Origin: the human T2T-CHM13v2.0 reference genome, Homo sapiens
Length of the DNA stretch: 64,000 bases
Assembly (NCBI RefSeq): GCF_009914755.1
Contig: NC_060925.1
Direction: 5' to 3' (one strand)
The notes beneath the pieces are model-generated. The model was not told the DNA's origin, ran no database searches, and saw only the letters and a program-made list of their open reading frames with translations. Made by a program: the position numbers and the translations under genes. This document shows, in pieces, positions 10,390-24,742 of the stretch (the first letter of the stretch is position 1; each line of letters starts with the position of its first letter).

Positions 10390-13300
10390 ATTCCTTCAGG
10401 CTCAACTTCCCATTCCAGGACCTGGGTCACCCCCACCCAGGATCCGTAGGCACTTGCGGACACCAAGTGGAGTTCTTGGCACCTCTGGCCTTTGTTCCCA
10501 TCTTTCCCCTCCAGAAAGCATTCTTGGATTTATAGTAACTCCCAGTGATACAGTATAGAGCTCTCAGTCCAACTGGGTCCCCTACTCTTGTCTAGGCAGA
10601 GATGGGGAAGGGGTGTGAAATCACGAGGAATAAGCAAGCATGGCAGCTACAGGAGTTTGGTAAGATTCACAGGGTGAAGTGTGGCTCTGTCACTGCCTTG
10701 GGGCGTCACAGGAGAAGAATCCCATTCCCCTCTTTAGTGCTAAGGTTGGGGCGGCAGCAGCAGGAGGGAGGTGAGCTGTCCTTTACTTCCATTTCTAGCT
10801 CCATTTCCAAAACGCATCCACAGTGCAGGGTGGGAGTAAATGGCCCAGGACAGCAGGTAGGACAGATATAAGACTACAGAAAGAACTTCTCAGGGCTGAG
10901 TCCTTGGACTCAAAGTAGTCTCTGGGGCTCAAACTTGCTTTGTCAGAAGCCCTCCAACCAAGCATGCGAGGCTGGTGACACGTGGGAGGGCATGGAGGCC
11001 CCAGCATTGTATGCCAACCAATGGGAGCTGCAGACAACCAATCTCCTACCTACCTTTAAGTCTGACCTACATTTGTCCAGAGTATCTACACCTCTCCCAT
11101 ATCTTCTGAAACAATGAAGCCCAGCAGTGGTCTCCAATCCTAGGAAGTCCTTCCTGCTATCTAACGGCCATCCCTCCCACCGCAGCCAATCTTCCACTGT
11201 TACCTAACCCAATTTGGTCATCTAAACAAGAGCAATGGACAGGGGCCCTTGGCTATCAGAAGCCCTGGCTGAGGAGAGGTGGGGGCGGTTGGGACGGTTA
11301 GTGTGTCACCTTCCACCTCCCCAACACAACTTCCCTCTGGGGTCTCAGGAGACAGAAGTGAAAGTGGCAGCTGGGGCCTTGGGGGCGGGTCAGCTTGAGA
11401 GCCGTTGGAATGAGCATAATGCCACCAGTGCTGGGTCTGGGCTGCCTGCCATTGCAGCGGGTGGGCTAATGGTTAGATCAGGGGAGGGACTTCCCATGGA
11501 AATAAGTGCATGGGGTAATGAGGAGTGTGGGCCCCTGGCCAAAGGAAGAGCAGGCTGAAGAGATAAAAATGGAGAGAGGCAGGCAGCAGACAGTCTCAGA
11601 AGGGCATTCTCTTCCTGGGCAGTGTTCGTCCCCTTTTTTAAAGCAGCAAGATCCTTTCTTCTCACCCACAGCACTGAGACAGGGCTGCTCTGGCTGAAGC
11701 AGATGAAGGGGGTCTGAGCCCTGATTGCTGGGACATGAGAGCTAAGAGAGAGGGGAAAGAGTCCAAGGCCTGGGCCCTCAGACTGGACAGCACCAATTAT
11801 GAGGAAAGGGGAGGTGGAAAACATGAAGGGTTCACCTACGATGATGACAGGGGACCCGAAAGAGGCCAATCCAATCAGGGAAAGCAAATCCTCCTAGAGA
11901 CATCATGACCTCGAGAAGCCACTGAGGATTTAAAGGGGCCGTTCAGGGCAATAGCTGGGTCTCCTTCTAACTCGAAGGACAGTCCTCTAAGCCCCTGGCA
12001 GCGGAGGGAGGGCGGGCATTGTGGCTGCGTGGGCCTGCTGAGGCGGCCAGCCAGGCAGCTCTTACAGGATTAGCTTGCTGCTTTCAGGAAAGGTGCCAGG
12101 TGAGGCTAAGATGCCCAGCCAGATGGAGGGGGGCCCAGAAGGAAGGGGGTGGGGAGAGCAGTACCTGCACAAGGCTATGCAGATACATGTCGCCAAATCC
12201 GTGCTCCTTACCAATACCTGGCTTCTCACCCTTTCATGAGGATGCCGTGCAGGGACCCCTCAGATTTTTGCCAGCAAGGACCTCTGCCTACCAAGTTTTC
12301 CTTGCCATTACTATGATCTGGAGTTATCCTTCCTCTGAGGGGAAGTCCTGCCTGTTGTCTACTCTTGACTCCCCTGCTACAGTTTACAACCAGGGCCCCA
12401 CCCCTCAGAACAGGTGAGGGGCTAAGCAGTTCCCCTAACTCCCCTCCTTCTTAGCTCCCCACCCCCAGGCTGACAGGTGGGGGAGATAAGAGGGAGCAGC
12501 TGGGCTAGGACACCTGTCCCCACCCAGCCATCATGGGCCCCAGAGGCCTGCATAAGGAGACTCAGCATAGAGGAGGCAGTGGTGGTGGCTGGAGGAAAGG
12601 GCCCATAGGTTAAGGAGAGAGGTGACAGGCAAGTCTGAGAAACCCACTTTCAGATCATCCCATCCTCCTGGTCTACCCCAACCATCATCCCTCACCAAAA
12701 GCACAATACACACATGCTTTAAAGGGAAAATCTCAAGGTTTGAGGTCATCCCTCAAACCCCTTGCTCTATTCCCTTGTTACTTGATCCAACTGGAGTGGG
12801 AAGACCCCAGGAAAAGAGACCAAGCCCCACTCTCCTCACTCCACCCGCCTGCCGTGCATTTCTACTTGAAACTCAGGGATGGGCTCTCCCCGTATTCTTT
12901 GTTCTCTCAACCCTCAACCCTAGGTATTTGCTGGTGGGCTGAGGATGAGAGAATCACGAGGGATAAGCAAGCATGCAGCCAGAGGGATCTGGCAAGACTC
13001 GTGGGGCTAAGTGTGGAGGAGGCAGGTTCTGAGACAAGGAGACGGCTGGATGGGGAGGGGAGGGCTGGGCTCAGCTTCCCAACCCATCCCAGGGCCAAAC
13101 GGAGCCCTAGGCCAGGAGGAACCCTCAAGGCCTCCTCAATCCCTACCCTGGACACCAAAGGCATTCCTTGCCCCCACCCCTGCTTCTGGGTAGCTGCCTT
13201 AGCAGGCAAGTCCTGGGCCAGGCTGGGGCTGAAGGTCTGAGAGAAAAGATGCAACCATCACACTTTTTCTGGCGGAAACTCCTTCCCTTCCCATGTGAGG

Positions 13301-14093
13301 CAGGTAGCACCACCTCCCTTTCACAGGTATGGAAACTCACACAGAGATGGGCAGGGACTTCCTCAAGGTCACCAGAAATAAGGGGCAGAGGCAGACTGAC
13401 TGTTGGGCACAGGGCTTCTGCTTACAACCTGGATGGGAGTGGGAGGGAGTCTCCCTCCACCGGGGAGTTCTAGCACATTCCTTCCAGGGCCCATTCCCCA
13501 GGTCTGGGCCTGGGAGGCTCACATTGGCCTTGTGTCTGCCTTGAGACAAGCCCAGCCTCTTGTGGTCCAAGCCTTCCCACTCTAGTGTCTCTTCTCATTC
13601 ATCCCATGCGGCAGCTCACAGGGACAGCAGGAGGGGTCTCGGAGTGTCATTTGTTCCTGCCCTCACACCCTTGCTTTGGGGGCTTTCTCCATGACACTCA
13701 AGTCAAAACAATACCCTCCTCACCTTGCCACCAAAGGCTGATTCTCTGCCCTCTGCTGAGGAATCCTGGTTTTCTCTTCCCTTCAATTTCTCCTCCTCCT
13801 CTCAGGTCTCCGTGGGCCTCCTTTCCATTGCCCCGTCCTGCAGGGCAGGATCTCTCCTTTAATCTCAGACAAAAGCCCTTTATACTTCATAACTAGGAAA
13901 GCTTAAAAGTCACTTACATCTCTGAGACTCAGTTTCCCAATTCAAAAAAACAGTTTTAGAGAGAAACAGTCTTCTTATATTCCCATGCTCAGTACAAAGC
14001 TTGGCACACAGGAACATAAGAAATGGAAGTTTCCTTCCTCCCTTTTGAGAACCCATCACCTCTCTTCATTGGGATCTCAAAAGTTTTGGTTTT

Positions 14094-14245
14094 TGGGCGG
14101 GGCACGATGGCTCACACCTGGAGTCCCAGCTACCTGGAAGGCTGAGGCCGGAGGATCGCTTGAATGGGAGGCTGCAGTGAGCCATGATGGCACCACTGCA
14201 CTCGAGCCTGGACAACAGAGCAAGATCCTACCTCAAAAAAAATTA
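14094..14245 (+). mobile_element. Alu monomer (FRAM/AluJ-like)
   Basis: ggcggggcacgatggctcacac...gaggctgcagtgagccatgat...A-tail. Confidence 0.8.
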
Positions 14246-14335
14246 AAAAGTTGTGGTTTTTGGTCTTCAAAGTATACTGGAAAGTTGGGCAAGAGGGGTA
14301 ATGCTGAGGGTAAAGCTCCTTTGACCAGGGGGCAA

Positions 14336-14366
<31 letters not shown>

Positions 14367-17300
14367 TCTGCATGGTTTCCTCGTCTGCTCAGCTCCTAGG
14401 AGAGTGGCCACAGCATCCAGCCAGAGGCACCAAGCCAAGGTCAGTGACCAGGCCTAGAGCCCAGAGCCTCCTGGGAGGGTAAGTTTAAATGAGTAAATAT
14501 GGTCCCACCTGGGTGTGGCCAGCGACAGGCCAGAGCTTCGGACATGTCCCTCCCCTCCCAGCCTACAGCAGAAAGAAAAGAAGTCAGACAGGCACAAGTG
14601 CCTCCCGCCCCCTTGGCTATCAGGGTCCTGTGCAGAATCAATGAATGCATTCCCCTGTCTCCACACCAGCCAGGACTAACCAGAAGCATAACTTGGCTCT
14701 CAGGAAAGAGAGGCTTGTAGCCTCAGCCTCAGGAAAAGGAAAATGTCAGATGAAGAGGGCCTTGGGGATCACCTAGGCCAAGGATCTACCCCCAGATGCC
14801 TGATGGCTTAGATGTAGTCTTGATGCCTCACAGTGGCCTTGCTCATCAGGGTGAGCGGGGAGGGCAACAGAGACCAGCGACAAACCACCAAAACACCCAG
14901 GTGTTAATCACCGAAAGGCGAAACTCTGTACATCTGGAAAGCTGGGGCCCAAGAGGAGGGACCCGGGGACACACGGTCAGTGTGAGGGGCAGAGGCAGGC
15001 TGTGCCAGGAACACAGAGAGGGGCACGTGGGGGAGGGGTAAGGGGCAGGGATGGAAGTCAGCCAAGGCTCCTTGACTCACAAGCCATGCTCTTTATTTTG
15101 CAGACAGGGCTCTGCCTGCCCATCTGTGGTCTAACCTTAATCCCTCCTGCTCCAGTCAGCCCTTCTCTCTTCAAAGTTCTTGCTATGCCCTTCGCCTTCT
15201 TGCCTCCGGTCCCCTCAACCCCATCCCAACTCTCCAATCCTTTAATCATCTTTGCCATTCACTACCCCCCACCTCCCGCAGTGCAGCAGCTGCTCTGTGG
15301 GTGTCTACATACCAGTGTGTATGTGTTGCACACTTTCCTGCATGTGTACCACTAAATGCTGTGGACTGCATTGGGCATGCCTGTCTACATGAGACCCTTA
15401 TCTAGCTCCCACTACTGGGGGAAAGGGGCCTAATGGCTATTTCTCCCACAGCTCCAGGACAAACGCCTCAGAATACTTTCAGCCATAAACAGGGAGAGGA
15501 AAAAGAAGATAAATATTCCGAGATCCAAATAGCACCGACCCCACCAAGCCAAAGGTCAAGGCCTTTCCTTTCGGGAGAGCCACTGGAAAAGAAAGTGCTT
15601 TGAGTTCCCCTCCTTTCCTATGCAAAATTAGAGCCATCTCTCTCCCCCCCAGCTTCCCCACTGGGAAGTTCTTCCTGAAGTCTAAGCTCCATCCTACCTG
15701 CTGTGATCATGGATAGACAGAGTGACATCGACCACAATACAGTCAGACGTCCAGCTTCTAGAACACAGCTTCTAGTACCTAACCGCCCCTCCCTCCATGA
15801 GTAAGTCACCAAACTGGGACAGAAGGACAGACAGTTGGCCGGACTCCGGCCCCATGACTGGCTCATAAAAGCCACCAGCAATTACAGTGATGCTGAGGTT
15901 GTGCCGGCCTGCCACCATTTCCTCCTTCTCTATAAAAAAGAGATAGTTGCCTCAAACCAGCTGGCCTGAGAGAGCCTCGAGAGTCCCAGCCATGGTCCCG
16001 TGGGATGGGGAGAATCCCAGCACCACAGTGCCATGAGACTCAGAACCTGACCCTTGATGATGGGTTCCAGGCTCACATCGGATCCTCATACCCACTTATA
16101 GAACCTGATGAACACCAACGATGACCTGTGTCCAAGAGGTCAAGGCCTGTATTAAGTCAAGGCCCTCAACTCCTCTTTTCCAGTAAGGCCACCACTCTCT
16201 CGACTAGAGGGGCAAAGAAGCAGGGGGCCTGACTCAAATAGAACTAGGGAAATGTTGGGCCCACCCACTTGCTCCTGGACTTCCCTTGTCCCCATAAAGG
16301 TACTCAGGTGTGTGGCAAAGTGTCCAACCAAGGGCCCACACCAGGCCAGCGTAAGTCCTGAGATTCTGGATCCAGTGCCAACCAGGGAGAGCAGGGGGCC
16401 CAGCTGGTCAGGAAGAGAAAGTTGACAAAATGGGGAGAGGTCCAGGCCTCTCTGGGGGTATAAGAGCCAGGGACGACCACAGCAGAGGGACCCTCTGAGG
16501 GCACGGTAGAGGAGAAGGGTCTGAGGGGCTGGGCCATAATCAATGAGGGCCTATCCCCAAGGCCTCCTCGGGGGCCAAGGCACCTCCCACTCCAAGCTTC
16601 CTTACTACTGCTCCTTTAGCTCCCCCCAACCTGAAGAGTCTCCCTCTGGCTTCTCTTCCCTATCACATCTCCCAGGAAAGATTAAAAAAAAAAAAAAAAA
16701 AAAAAAAACCCTGCTACAGAGAGATTATATAACAGCAGCCAGAAAGACTATCATATCTCCCAGCCTATGAGAAGAACCAGGAGCCAAGGGGGCAGAGCCA
16801 GGATGCCCAGGCCCTCCAGCCCAGGGGCACCAAGCACAGAGTGGGGTGGACACGGACAGCACCTGCCACCCCTCCAAGTCCTCCACCAATCTTTCAGGCA
16901 TTGAGTACAGCAGACAGAAGCTCTAGCCAATTCCCCATGCCCATCCCCCAACACAAGGATCATGAGGCTCTCTGGGTCCTGCTTCTTCCCTTGGACTGGG
17001 GCTTCCATGAACACGGACTGTATGTCTCCCTACCCAGAATCCCTCCCTACTATGAAGTTGTGCCTAAAAGAGTGGAAAGACGAAAGCTCTGACACAGATT
17101 TGCTGTGTGATCTCAGGTAAAAAACTCAACCTTTTGGGTCCCTACAGGGGTGAGTAAAAGCTCCTCCCTTCCTCCCTTCCCCCCTCCCCCCCTTCCCCCC
17201 AGAGAGACCAGAGACCTCTCCCTTTACAAATGTACATGCACACACATACATATACACACATATGCAAACATACAGGGTGTGTTGGCGGGGGCAGGGGAGT

Positions 17301-18219
17301 TACAACAAAGAGAATATAATCACTGAGACCCAAAGGTCCAAATGCCTATGCTGGGGCAAGTGGGGAAGGAGCTCCATATAAGCTCCAGTGTCCCCCAATC
17401 ACCCCGTATAAAGAGGTCCTCAGCCACTCCCACAATAGTCCTACCCCACCCCCATCTCCTGCCCAACACACTGGGAAACCACAGGAAGGAAATTCATTCC
17501 CAGGCAGGGCCGTGGGAGCTGGGACAGCCAGACTAAGTCCTGGGGCGGGTGTGACCCCGTGGCCACAAGCGGGTGGACATCTGTGAACACTGACATGTGC
17601 CTTTTCAATGCTCTCCTCAGCTACTGAGACCTTCCTGTTGGGGTTGGGAGAGGAGTGGGAGGTGGACAGCTCCCAAACGCCAAAACACCCAATCTCAGGC
17701 TGACCTGCGCTCCCCTCCTATCTCCAGGCCAGAGCAGCCCAAGGTCACCGCCCCAGACGGCAAACTTCCCATAGTCTAGGCTGGACCCTGAATTGCTGCG
17801 GAGACCCACTGAAGGGATAGGAGGAGGAGTGGATAAGGGCCACCTCCACCCCAAAGCAAAGAAACCAGGACTCTGAGGAAAACTCAAATGGGGGTTGGGC
17901 ACAGCAAAGAGGGACACAGGATCCCCCCCAACCCGCTATACCCTCCCCCAACCCATCAACAATGCACCAAGCAATGGGAGGCAGAGGGAGGCTCCCATTC
18001 AGAAGGGCAAACCTGGGATAACCCGGTCGGTGGCTCCTAGAGTGCCTTCCTTTCAGGAGGAGTCCTCGGAAGGCTGCTGAGAGGACAGCGTGATTCACTA
18101 GGGGGAGGGGGCCCCTTTCCCCATCCCCCTAAGACCCGAACCTGGTAGGAGAGAAGCTGGCATTGGAGTGGGGGACTAAAAGCATTTTGGTCTCCTTGGC
18201 CCATCCTCCCAAAAGCCCC

Positions 18220-20200
18220 CCCAAACTCCCTAAACCCCCGCTCGCAGCCCAGCTCCGCCTGCCATAGGTGGAAAGGACTAGAGAACTCTTGCCCAGATGT
18301 TGAACAGCTGCAAACTTCTGGCCAGGGAGTTCTCCAGTTGGGGTTACTGACAAACCACATCAGGGGTCTCGGAAGCGGGGCTAGGAGGTCTCAAGGAAGG
18401 GTCCTGCGTGCCCACCTCGTGGCGACTCCGCGTCCCAACTCCACAGGCACCCGGCAAACACGGGCCCCGGAGACACACACACTCACACACCCCAACCCAC
18501 TACCCCGGTGTCATCTGAACAACATCCCCCCTCCCTCCCCCGCTTCCCAAACAGCTGCGGCTCCCCCCGCCTCCACCCTCCCGCCGCCCTCCCAGGCCCC
18601 CTTCTGCACCATTTCGGGCCAAGGAGGAGGGAACAGGCGGCGAGAGGAGGGAGAGGGAGGGAGGGCCGGCTGTTAAAATGTCAGTCGCTCCCGACTGTCA
18701 CCGGAGACCCCCTCGGAGGATGGCGCCCCGTCCCAGACCGCTCGGAGGCCGTCGTAAACCCCCTACACGAACAGGCGGGCGCGCCCCCAATCCGCCCGTC
18801 CCCACCCCGTACTCCCAACACCCAAGGGAATTGCAGCCCACTCCACTTGTCCCCCACGACAGACTCCCTGACACAAACAGTCCCCTAGGTAATCCCCGCC
18901 AACGCCACACGAAAACACGGCCCGCTTCGCGAGTTCCTCCCGGCCCGGGGGCTGCCCCATCCCACCCCTCAGGGGGACGGTCTAGACCACCCTCCACCCC
19001 AACCCCTGGACCGGGTGGGGGAGGGGGCCTCTTAAAGTGGCAGGCGCATTATTTTTCTCTACTCACCAGCCCGGCTGGGGGAACGGTGTTGTCACGGCAA
19101 AGAGCGGGTAGCCCTCGCCCCTGGTCCGGGGGATCTTCAACACCGGGAAGCCGCAGCTCCGGGCGGGGAGAATAATAAATGAGGCCGGCGTCCGCGCGGG
19201 CCCTGGGCGGCGCCGTGAGGCCTGGGCCCCCGTCGTGGGCGCGGGGGCCAGCAGGCGGGCGGCAGGCAAGCGGGGAACCGGGGCCGAGCGCCTGAGCCGC
19301 CTCGGCTGTTGTTGATATTTTGCTTCCTTCCTCCTTTCGGGCTCCAAAGGTAACTCCTCCAGCCCCCGGGAGTCGAGGCCGACGTAGGCACAGCTCAGCC
19401 TAGCTTGAGGGGTGGGGGGAAAGGGGTGACGGACAGGCGTGGGGGCCAATGGGAGGCACCTGTGGGGGTGGCGGGGCGGAGCCGGGGCTGGGGCGGTCCC
19501 GAGGACGCGGCCCCGCCCCTCGCTTCCCCAGGGCTGGCCGGGCCAGGCCGGGTCGGCCCCCACCCCACCGCCCTCCCAAGCTAGGCTGCGGCGCTGGGAG
19601 CGGCGGATCCCTCCGCCTGCCGGGAGGGAGGGAGGAAGGGACGAAGCGAGGCAAAGTAGGGAGGCGAGACCCAGAGGCCTTTAAAGGGATCGGTCCGCTC
19701 CCACGGTGCCCCTCGGAGCACGCCGGCCGCCCGCCCGCCCGCCTGGCGCTGCTGCCACCGCGTGCTCCAGGAGGTCCTTTCCGGGGAGGCCGTGCGAGCT
19801 GCACGCACACTCTCAACACGCGCCACCTCGGCACCTCCTCGCGGCCCCGGGCCCCAGGAGAGTTGGGAGGTGGGAGTCTAAGTAGATAAATTAAGGGGAG
19901 ACTGGAAGTGGTGAAAAGCTCCCATCTCCCCCACTTGGTGTGTGACAAAGCCCCACTCACGGGCGACATTCTTGGGGTTGGGGGGTGTTACCTAGGGAGC
20001 TCAGTTGCTCCCTCTACCTGTGACAGGCCCCCTCCGGTCCCAGGGCCCGGCTCGGCAGACGCCCAGCAATTTAAAGCGACAGCTCATAGTTCTTGGGTGA
20101 CCTAATCTCCAGTGCTTGCGGGGCCCCACAGCACTTACTGCCGAGGGGGCAATTTAAAGGGGCGGGACCCTAATTCCTCCCCACCTCCCGCCGCACAGTA
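18220..20200. promoter_or_regulatory. MEF2D: MEF2D CpG-island promoter
   Basis: Very high GC and CpG density around exon 1; GC boxes at ~19470-19520; CCAAT at 19446-19450; G-run clusters. Confidence 0.9.
19067..19360 (-). other. MEF2D: MEF2D non-coding exon 1 (TSS approximate)
   Basis: Strong donor CTG|GTGAGT (19066-19061) inside the CpG island, downstream of GC/CCAAT boxes; no ATG in the exon. Confidence 0.8.
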
Positions 20201-20403
20201 AACACCCAGAAATGTCTTATTAAAGAAGCAGTAGTAGCTCTTTAAAATTTTTTATTTTTATATTCCTGGTTGCTCCAGGGTGTGGTGAATATTTACGTGC
20301 CCTACAACAGGAGTGTGGGTGCCATGCCTACTGGACAACTGACCCGTCAGGCTTCAGCATCCCTGTTACTTCCAAGTCCTGCTGCTTTCTCCCAAGAGCG
20401 TAA

Positions 20404-20795
<392 letters not shown>

Positions 20796-20859
20796 ACACA
20801 CACCCTGATTTCTGGCTGGATCTGATTTACCGGACAAAGACTCCAATATATAGAGAGAG

Positions 20860-21080
20860 GCAACATGTCATGGTGGTTAGAAATGTCAACTTTGCCGTCA
20901 AGCTGTCCTGGTTCAGATCCTCACTCCACCATTCATTAGCTGTGAACACAGGCACATTATTTAACTTTCCCCTACCTCATGGTGACCATGACTAGAGATG
21001 GTGATAATAGTAGCTAACTCAGAAATTTAGTGTGAAGATTAAATTAGTTCTTCTAAGCAGATTGCTTAGTACAGTGTCTT
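20860..21080 (+). mobile_element. MIR SINE
   Basis: Degenerate MIR core (ggttcagatcctcactccaccattcattagctgtga...gtgaagattaaa). Confidence 0.6.
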
Positions 21081-21577
21081 ATGCTGTATAATAACCCAAA
21101 CCAGACCATTGGGCCAAGGGCTGGTCTGCAAAGAACCCTCTAGGCCTCCATTGGCTCATGCAAGCCTTAAAGGAGGTGAGTTCAGTGGAATTGCTCTGCA
21201 AATAGGTTGGAGACTTATCTTGTGTGTCCTAAGACAGGAAGCCAGCAAGCTCCTACTTCCTTGGCCTCAGTTTCCAACCCTTCTACCTGACCCCCCCCTT
21301 TCAGGAAACAGTGTCCCACCGTGTCCCCAAATATAGCTTCTCAGTTCCTCATTGGATCTGGGAGGCTGGGGCCCCAACACCAGAAGATGTGAGTTACCCC
21401 TGCCAGGCAGGGCTAGTTTGCCCAAAAGACTTCAGGGTAGGCAGGGGGAGCCCATCTGCCTCTTCCCCCAAGGACAGAGAAGAACAGAGCCCTGTGCCAG
21501 GCTTGAGGCTGTGGCAGTAGCAGGATGGGAAAGTGCCAACCCCCCTCAAGTGGGGAACCTCCCCTCACTTGTGGCCT

Positions 21578-21665
21578 CTATTTTTAGTGCTTCCCTAGGC
21601 TCTAGCTGGAGAAACCGTTTAGTCATCAGGGTGTTTATTTTCCGGCTGTTTCCGACGTCAGGAAA
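21578..21665. promoter_or_regulatory. Candidate upstream enhancer of MEF2D (MEF2, forkhead, CRE-like)
   Basis: CTATTTTTAG 21578-21587, TGTTTAT ~21632, CGACGTCA 21653-21660. Confidence 0.45.
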
Positions 21666-23719
21666 GCAGAATGTTGAGACTGAAGAGATCCAAGGCTGCT
21701 GGAAAAGACTTCTTAGGATCAGGCCTGGGAATTCAGCCGTCAGACCCCTGGGTCCCAGATCACACACACACACAAAAGAAAGTGGGCAGGGGTCAGCCAA
21801 GCCCCCAGGAGACCAAGAGAGCTGGGTTCTCAGCCACCTCCAGTTTCGAGGCTCTCCAAGCCGAAGAACCCTCTGGCTCCAGCTCTACTTGAAGGAGTCT
21901 CTAGAAAAACTAACCAACCCGAGAACAAATTCTTGCCCAGGGCCGATTCCCAGAAACCCCCTCCCCAACATCCTTTATACCAGCGTGGTGAGCCTCCCGC
22001 CAACCACAGTTCCAACCAATCTCAAGCCTGAGGTAGGCTTGCCAGGGCTATGATTGGCTGATTGATCCTCCCAGTCTTGGAATGTTGGGTCCTTAACAAA
22101 GGAATGAGGAAGGAAGGTGAGTCACCTGGGGAGGGTTTTAAAGGGCCAGGAGCAGGAGGGAAAAGGGAAAGGAGGGAAGAGCTCAGTGGGTGAGATGCAG
22201 TGTGCTGGACCCCGAAGATGCTGCCATAATTCCCTAGAGAACAGAGTAGGAAAGACAGACACTACAAGTGGGATAGAATTTAGAATATAGAGAAAACTAA
22301 ATGGGAGAGCAAAAGTAACAAACACAGGGCCTTAATTCCCATGGAAGGGTAATAAAGGGTCTAGGGAATAATGTTGTTGGAAGTTAGATTGAAATAAGGA
22401 CTTCCTGAAAGTGACTCACTGAATCTTTTTCTTCTGGCCCCTGTATTTCCCATTCCAGAATCCCCTGGGTAGGAAATACCTGAGCGAGTTCAGATGCCTC
22501 GGTCTCATTTTTCCTCCTCCCACTCTGGCTACCCATCCATCTTTCCTAGAGAAAAGTTACCTAACAGGCCAAAGCTGCTATAAAATCCTTTAGGAATCAA
22601 ACACTTACATGCTCATTGAAGTCTTTTAAAAGTGTGTGTAAACTCCTCTCCACCATATCATCTTTGTAAGTTTATATGGCAAAGGGACATAGACAACTCC
22701 TTTTGTTCACCCCTTCCCAAGCATCCCTAATCCAACTTAATTTGTAAAAGTCTTCCTCATCCTCATGCCCCAAGGGCCGTTTCTCTGCCTGCCTGTCCCA
22801 TAGCCCCGGGAAGCCATTACTGCTGCTCCAGCCTCTAATCTGTCTGGCAGCTTGGTTGGCCCCCTCTCACCTTCCCTACAGCCATCTGGACAATCTCCAG
22901 CCCCCTATGTCCATCCACCTCATCCCTTCCATTAGCTGATAATTTTTCCCCCAGTTTTCAATTGATCCCGGCAGTCCCTTCATCTGCCACCTTGTCTTGT
23001 GAGAGGAAAGGCCATCAGCAGGTATACAGCAGTTCTGTGTATACATGCTCTGTGTGGACTTGGGTATTATTCTGCACCTGCTTGTGTAGTGCACTCTACT
23101 CTGTGTATCTGCCTCCTCTGTACACACTCCTCACCAGATCCTGGGCCCCTTGAGGGCAGCAATCTAACTCTACTTTGAGTCTTCAGGGCCTTGCAGGACC
23201 TGGCATAGAATGCGCTCAGCAAATGTGTTAACACGAATCTGTATTTGTGTGTGCGTGTGTGTGTGCAGCTATGCATCTGAGTTCAGATTATAAAAACGTT
23301 TATTGAACATCTCATTTGTCCATTGATAACTGTGCTAGCCTGAGGATGGGGCTGTGGTCTGGCCTGTCCCACCACCCCGCACAAGTCCCACTTCAGGCCA
23401 GAATTGAGGGGAAAGGGCAGAGTCAGGCAGAGAGGTGTCAGGCTGAACCGGCAGAGTTGTGCCCCAAGCTCAGGGCCAGGGTGCCTGGGGCCAGGCCTGG
23501 GGCAAAGGGCAGACGGCCCACCCTGGAGCTGAAGCGGGCAGGGAGGGGGTGCCAAAGCCGGGTCCTCGGTCAGTGCATCACCCCCACAGAAGCTCCCTGC
23601 CCCCGGCTGGGCAGGATGTGGTGGCAGCTGCAGGAGAGTGGGCAGGATGTGGGGGTGGGGGCAGCTGAAACACAGCCTGACAGTCGTCTCCCCAGCTCCT
23701 CCCTCCTTCTCTCTTGCCC

Positions 23720-24110
23720 CCCCCCACATCCGCCCCCTCCCGGTCACGTGCTCCCAGCCAGGGCACCGACGGACTATTTCCCCCTTTCCGCGGAAGGACA
23801 TAATTGTCATCGCAAACTCTAGTCGCCGCCGACTTCAGCTGTACCACGCCTTTTTCTTGCCCCATAACCCAGGACAGAAAGTTTGCCGAATACGCATTTC
23901 TTTAAAGCCCTGATCGCTAACGAGGGAGTGGCCCCTTTAAATGCAAATTAACCGCCTTCTCTCTCGCCCCCCCACCCCCATCCCAACTTCGCTCCTCGTG
24001 CCCAGACTCCACCAGCTGCCATTGACGTCACGCGTGCGTCAGCGTCGCCAGCCCAACCAGACGGCACATGGGGGGAAGAAGGCAGACTTAAAGGGCCAGA
24101 CGCTCGCGGC
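23720..24110. promoter_or_regulatory. Small CpG-rich regulatory element with octamer and full CRE
   Basis: Non-repeat CpG enrichment; ATGCAAAT 23941-23948; TGACGTCA 24023-24030 followed by CGCGTGCGTCA. Confidence 0.6.
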
Positions 24111-24198
24111 CTGCCAGGTTTTGGCTATGAGACTTGGCTTGGGAGGAACGAAATGGGATGTGGGGAAATGTCTTGGAGCAGAAAGGAATGCAGGGTAG

Positions 24199-24609
<411 letters not shown>

Positions 24610-24742
24610 TTAAGACTCGCCCAGTCATAATTTCAGCCTTTCCCTTATCCCTGCCCCGCATGTGCATAAGCACAAGGACTTCGTTCACTTCTGTGTTGCC
24701 AGCACCTAGAACGCAGCATGTAGTAGGGACTCAATTTAAGTC

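Noticed and set aside
18338-19969. Many overlapping 100-190 aa Pro/Gly/Arg-rich ORFs
   Set aside because: Expected from stop-codon depletion in a CpG island; no recognisable domains.
21352-22053. 233-aa plus-strand ORF divergent from MEF2D
   Set aside because: Non-ATG start, no recognisable homology, no convincing splice or poly(A) structure.
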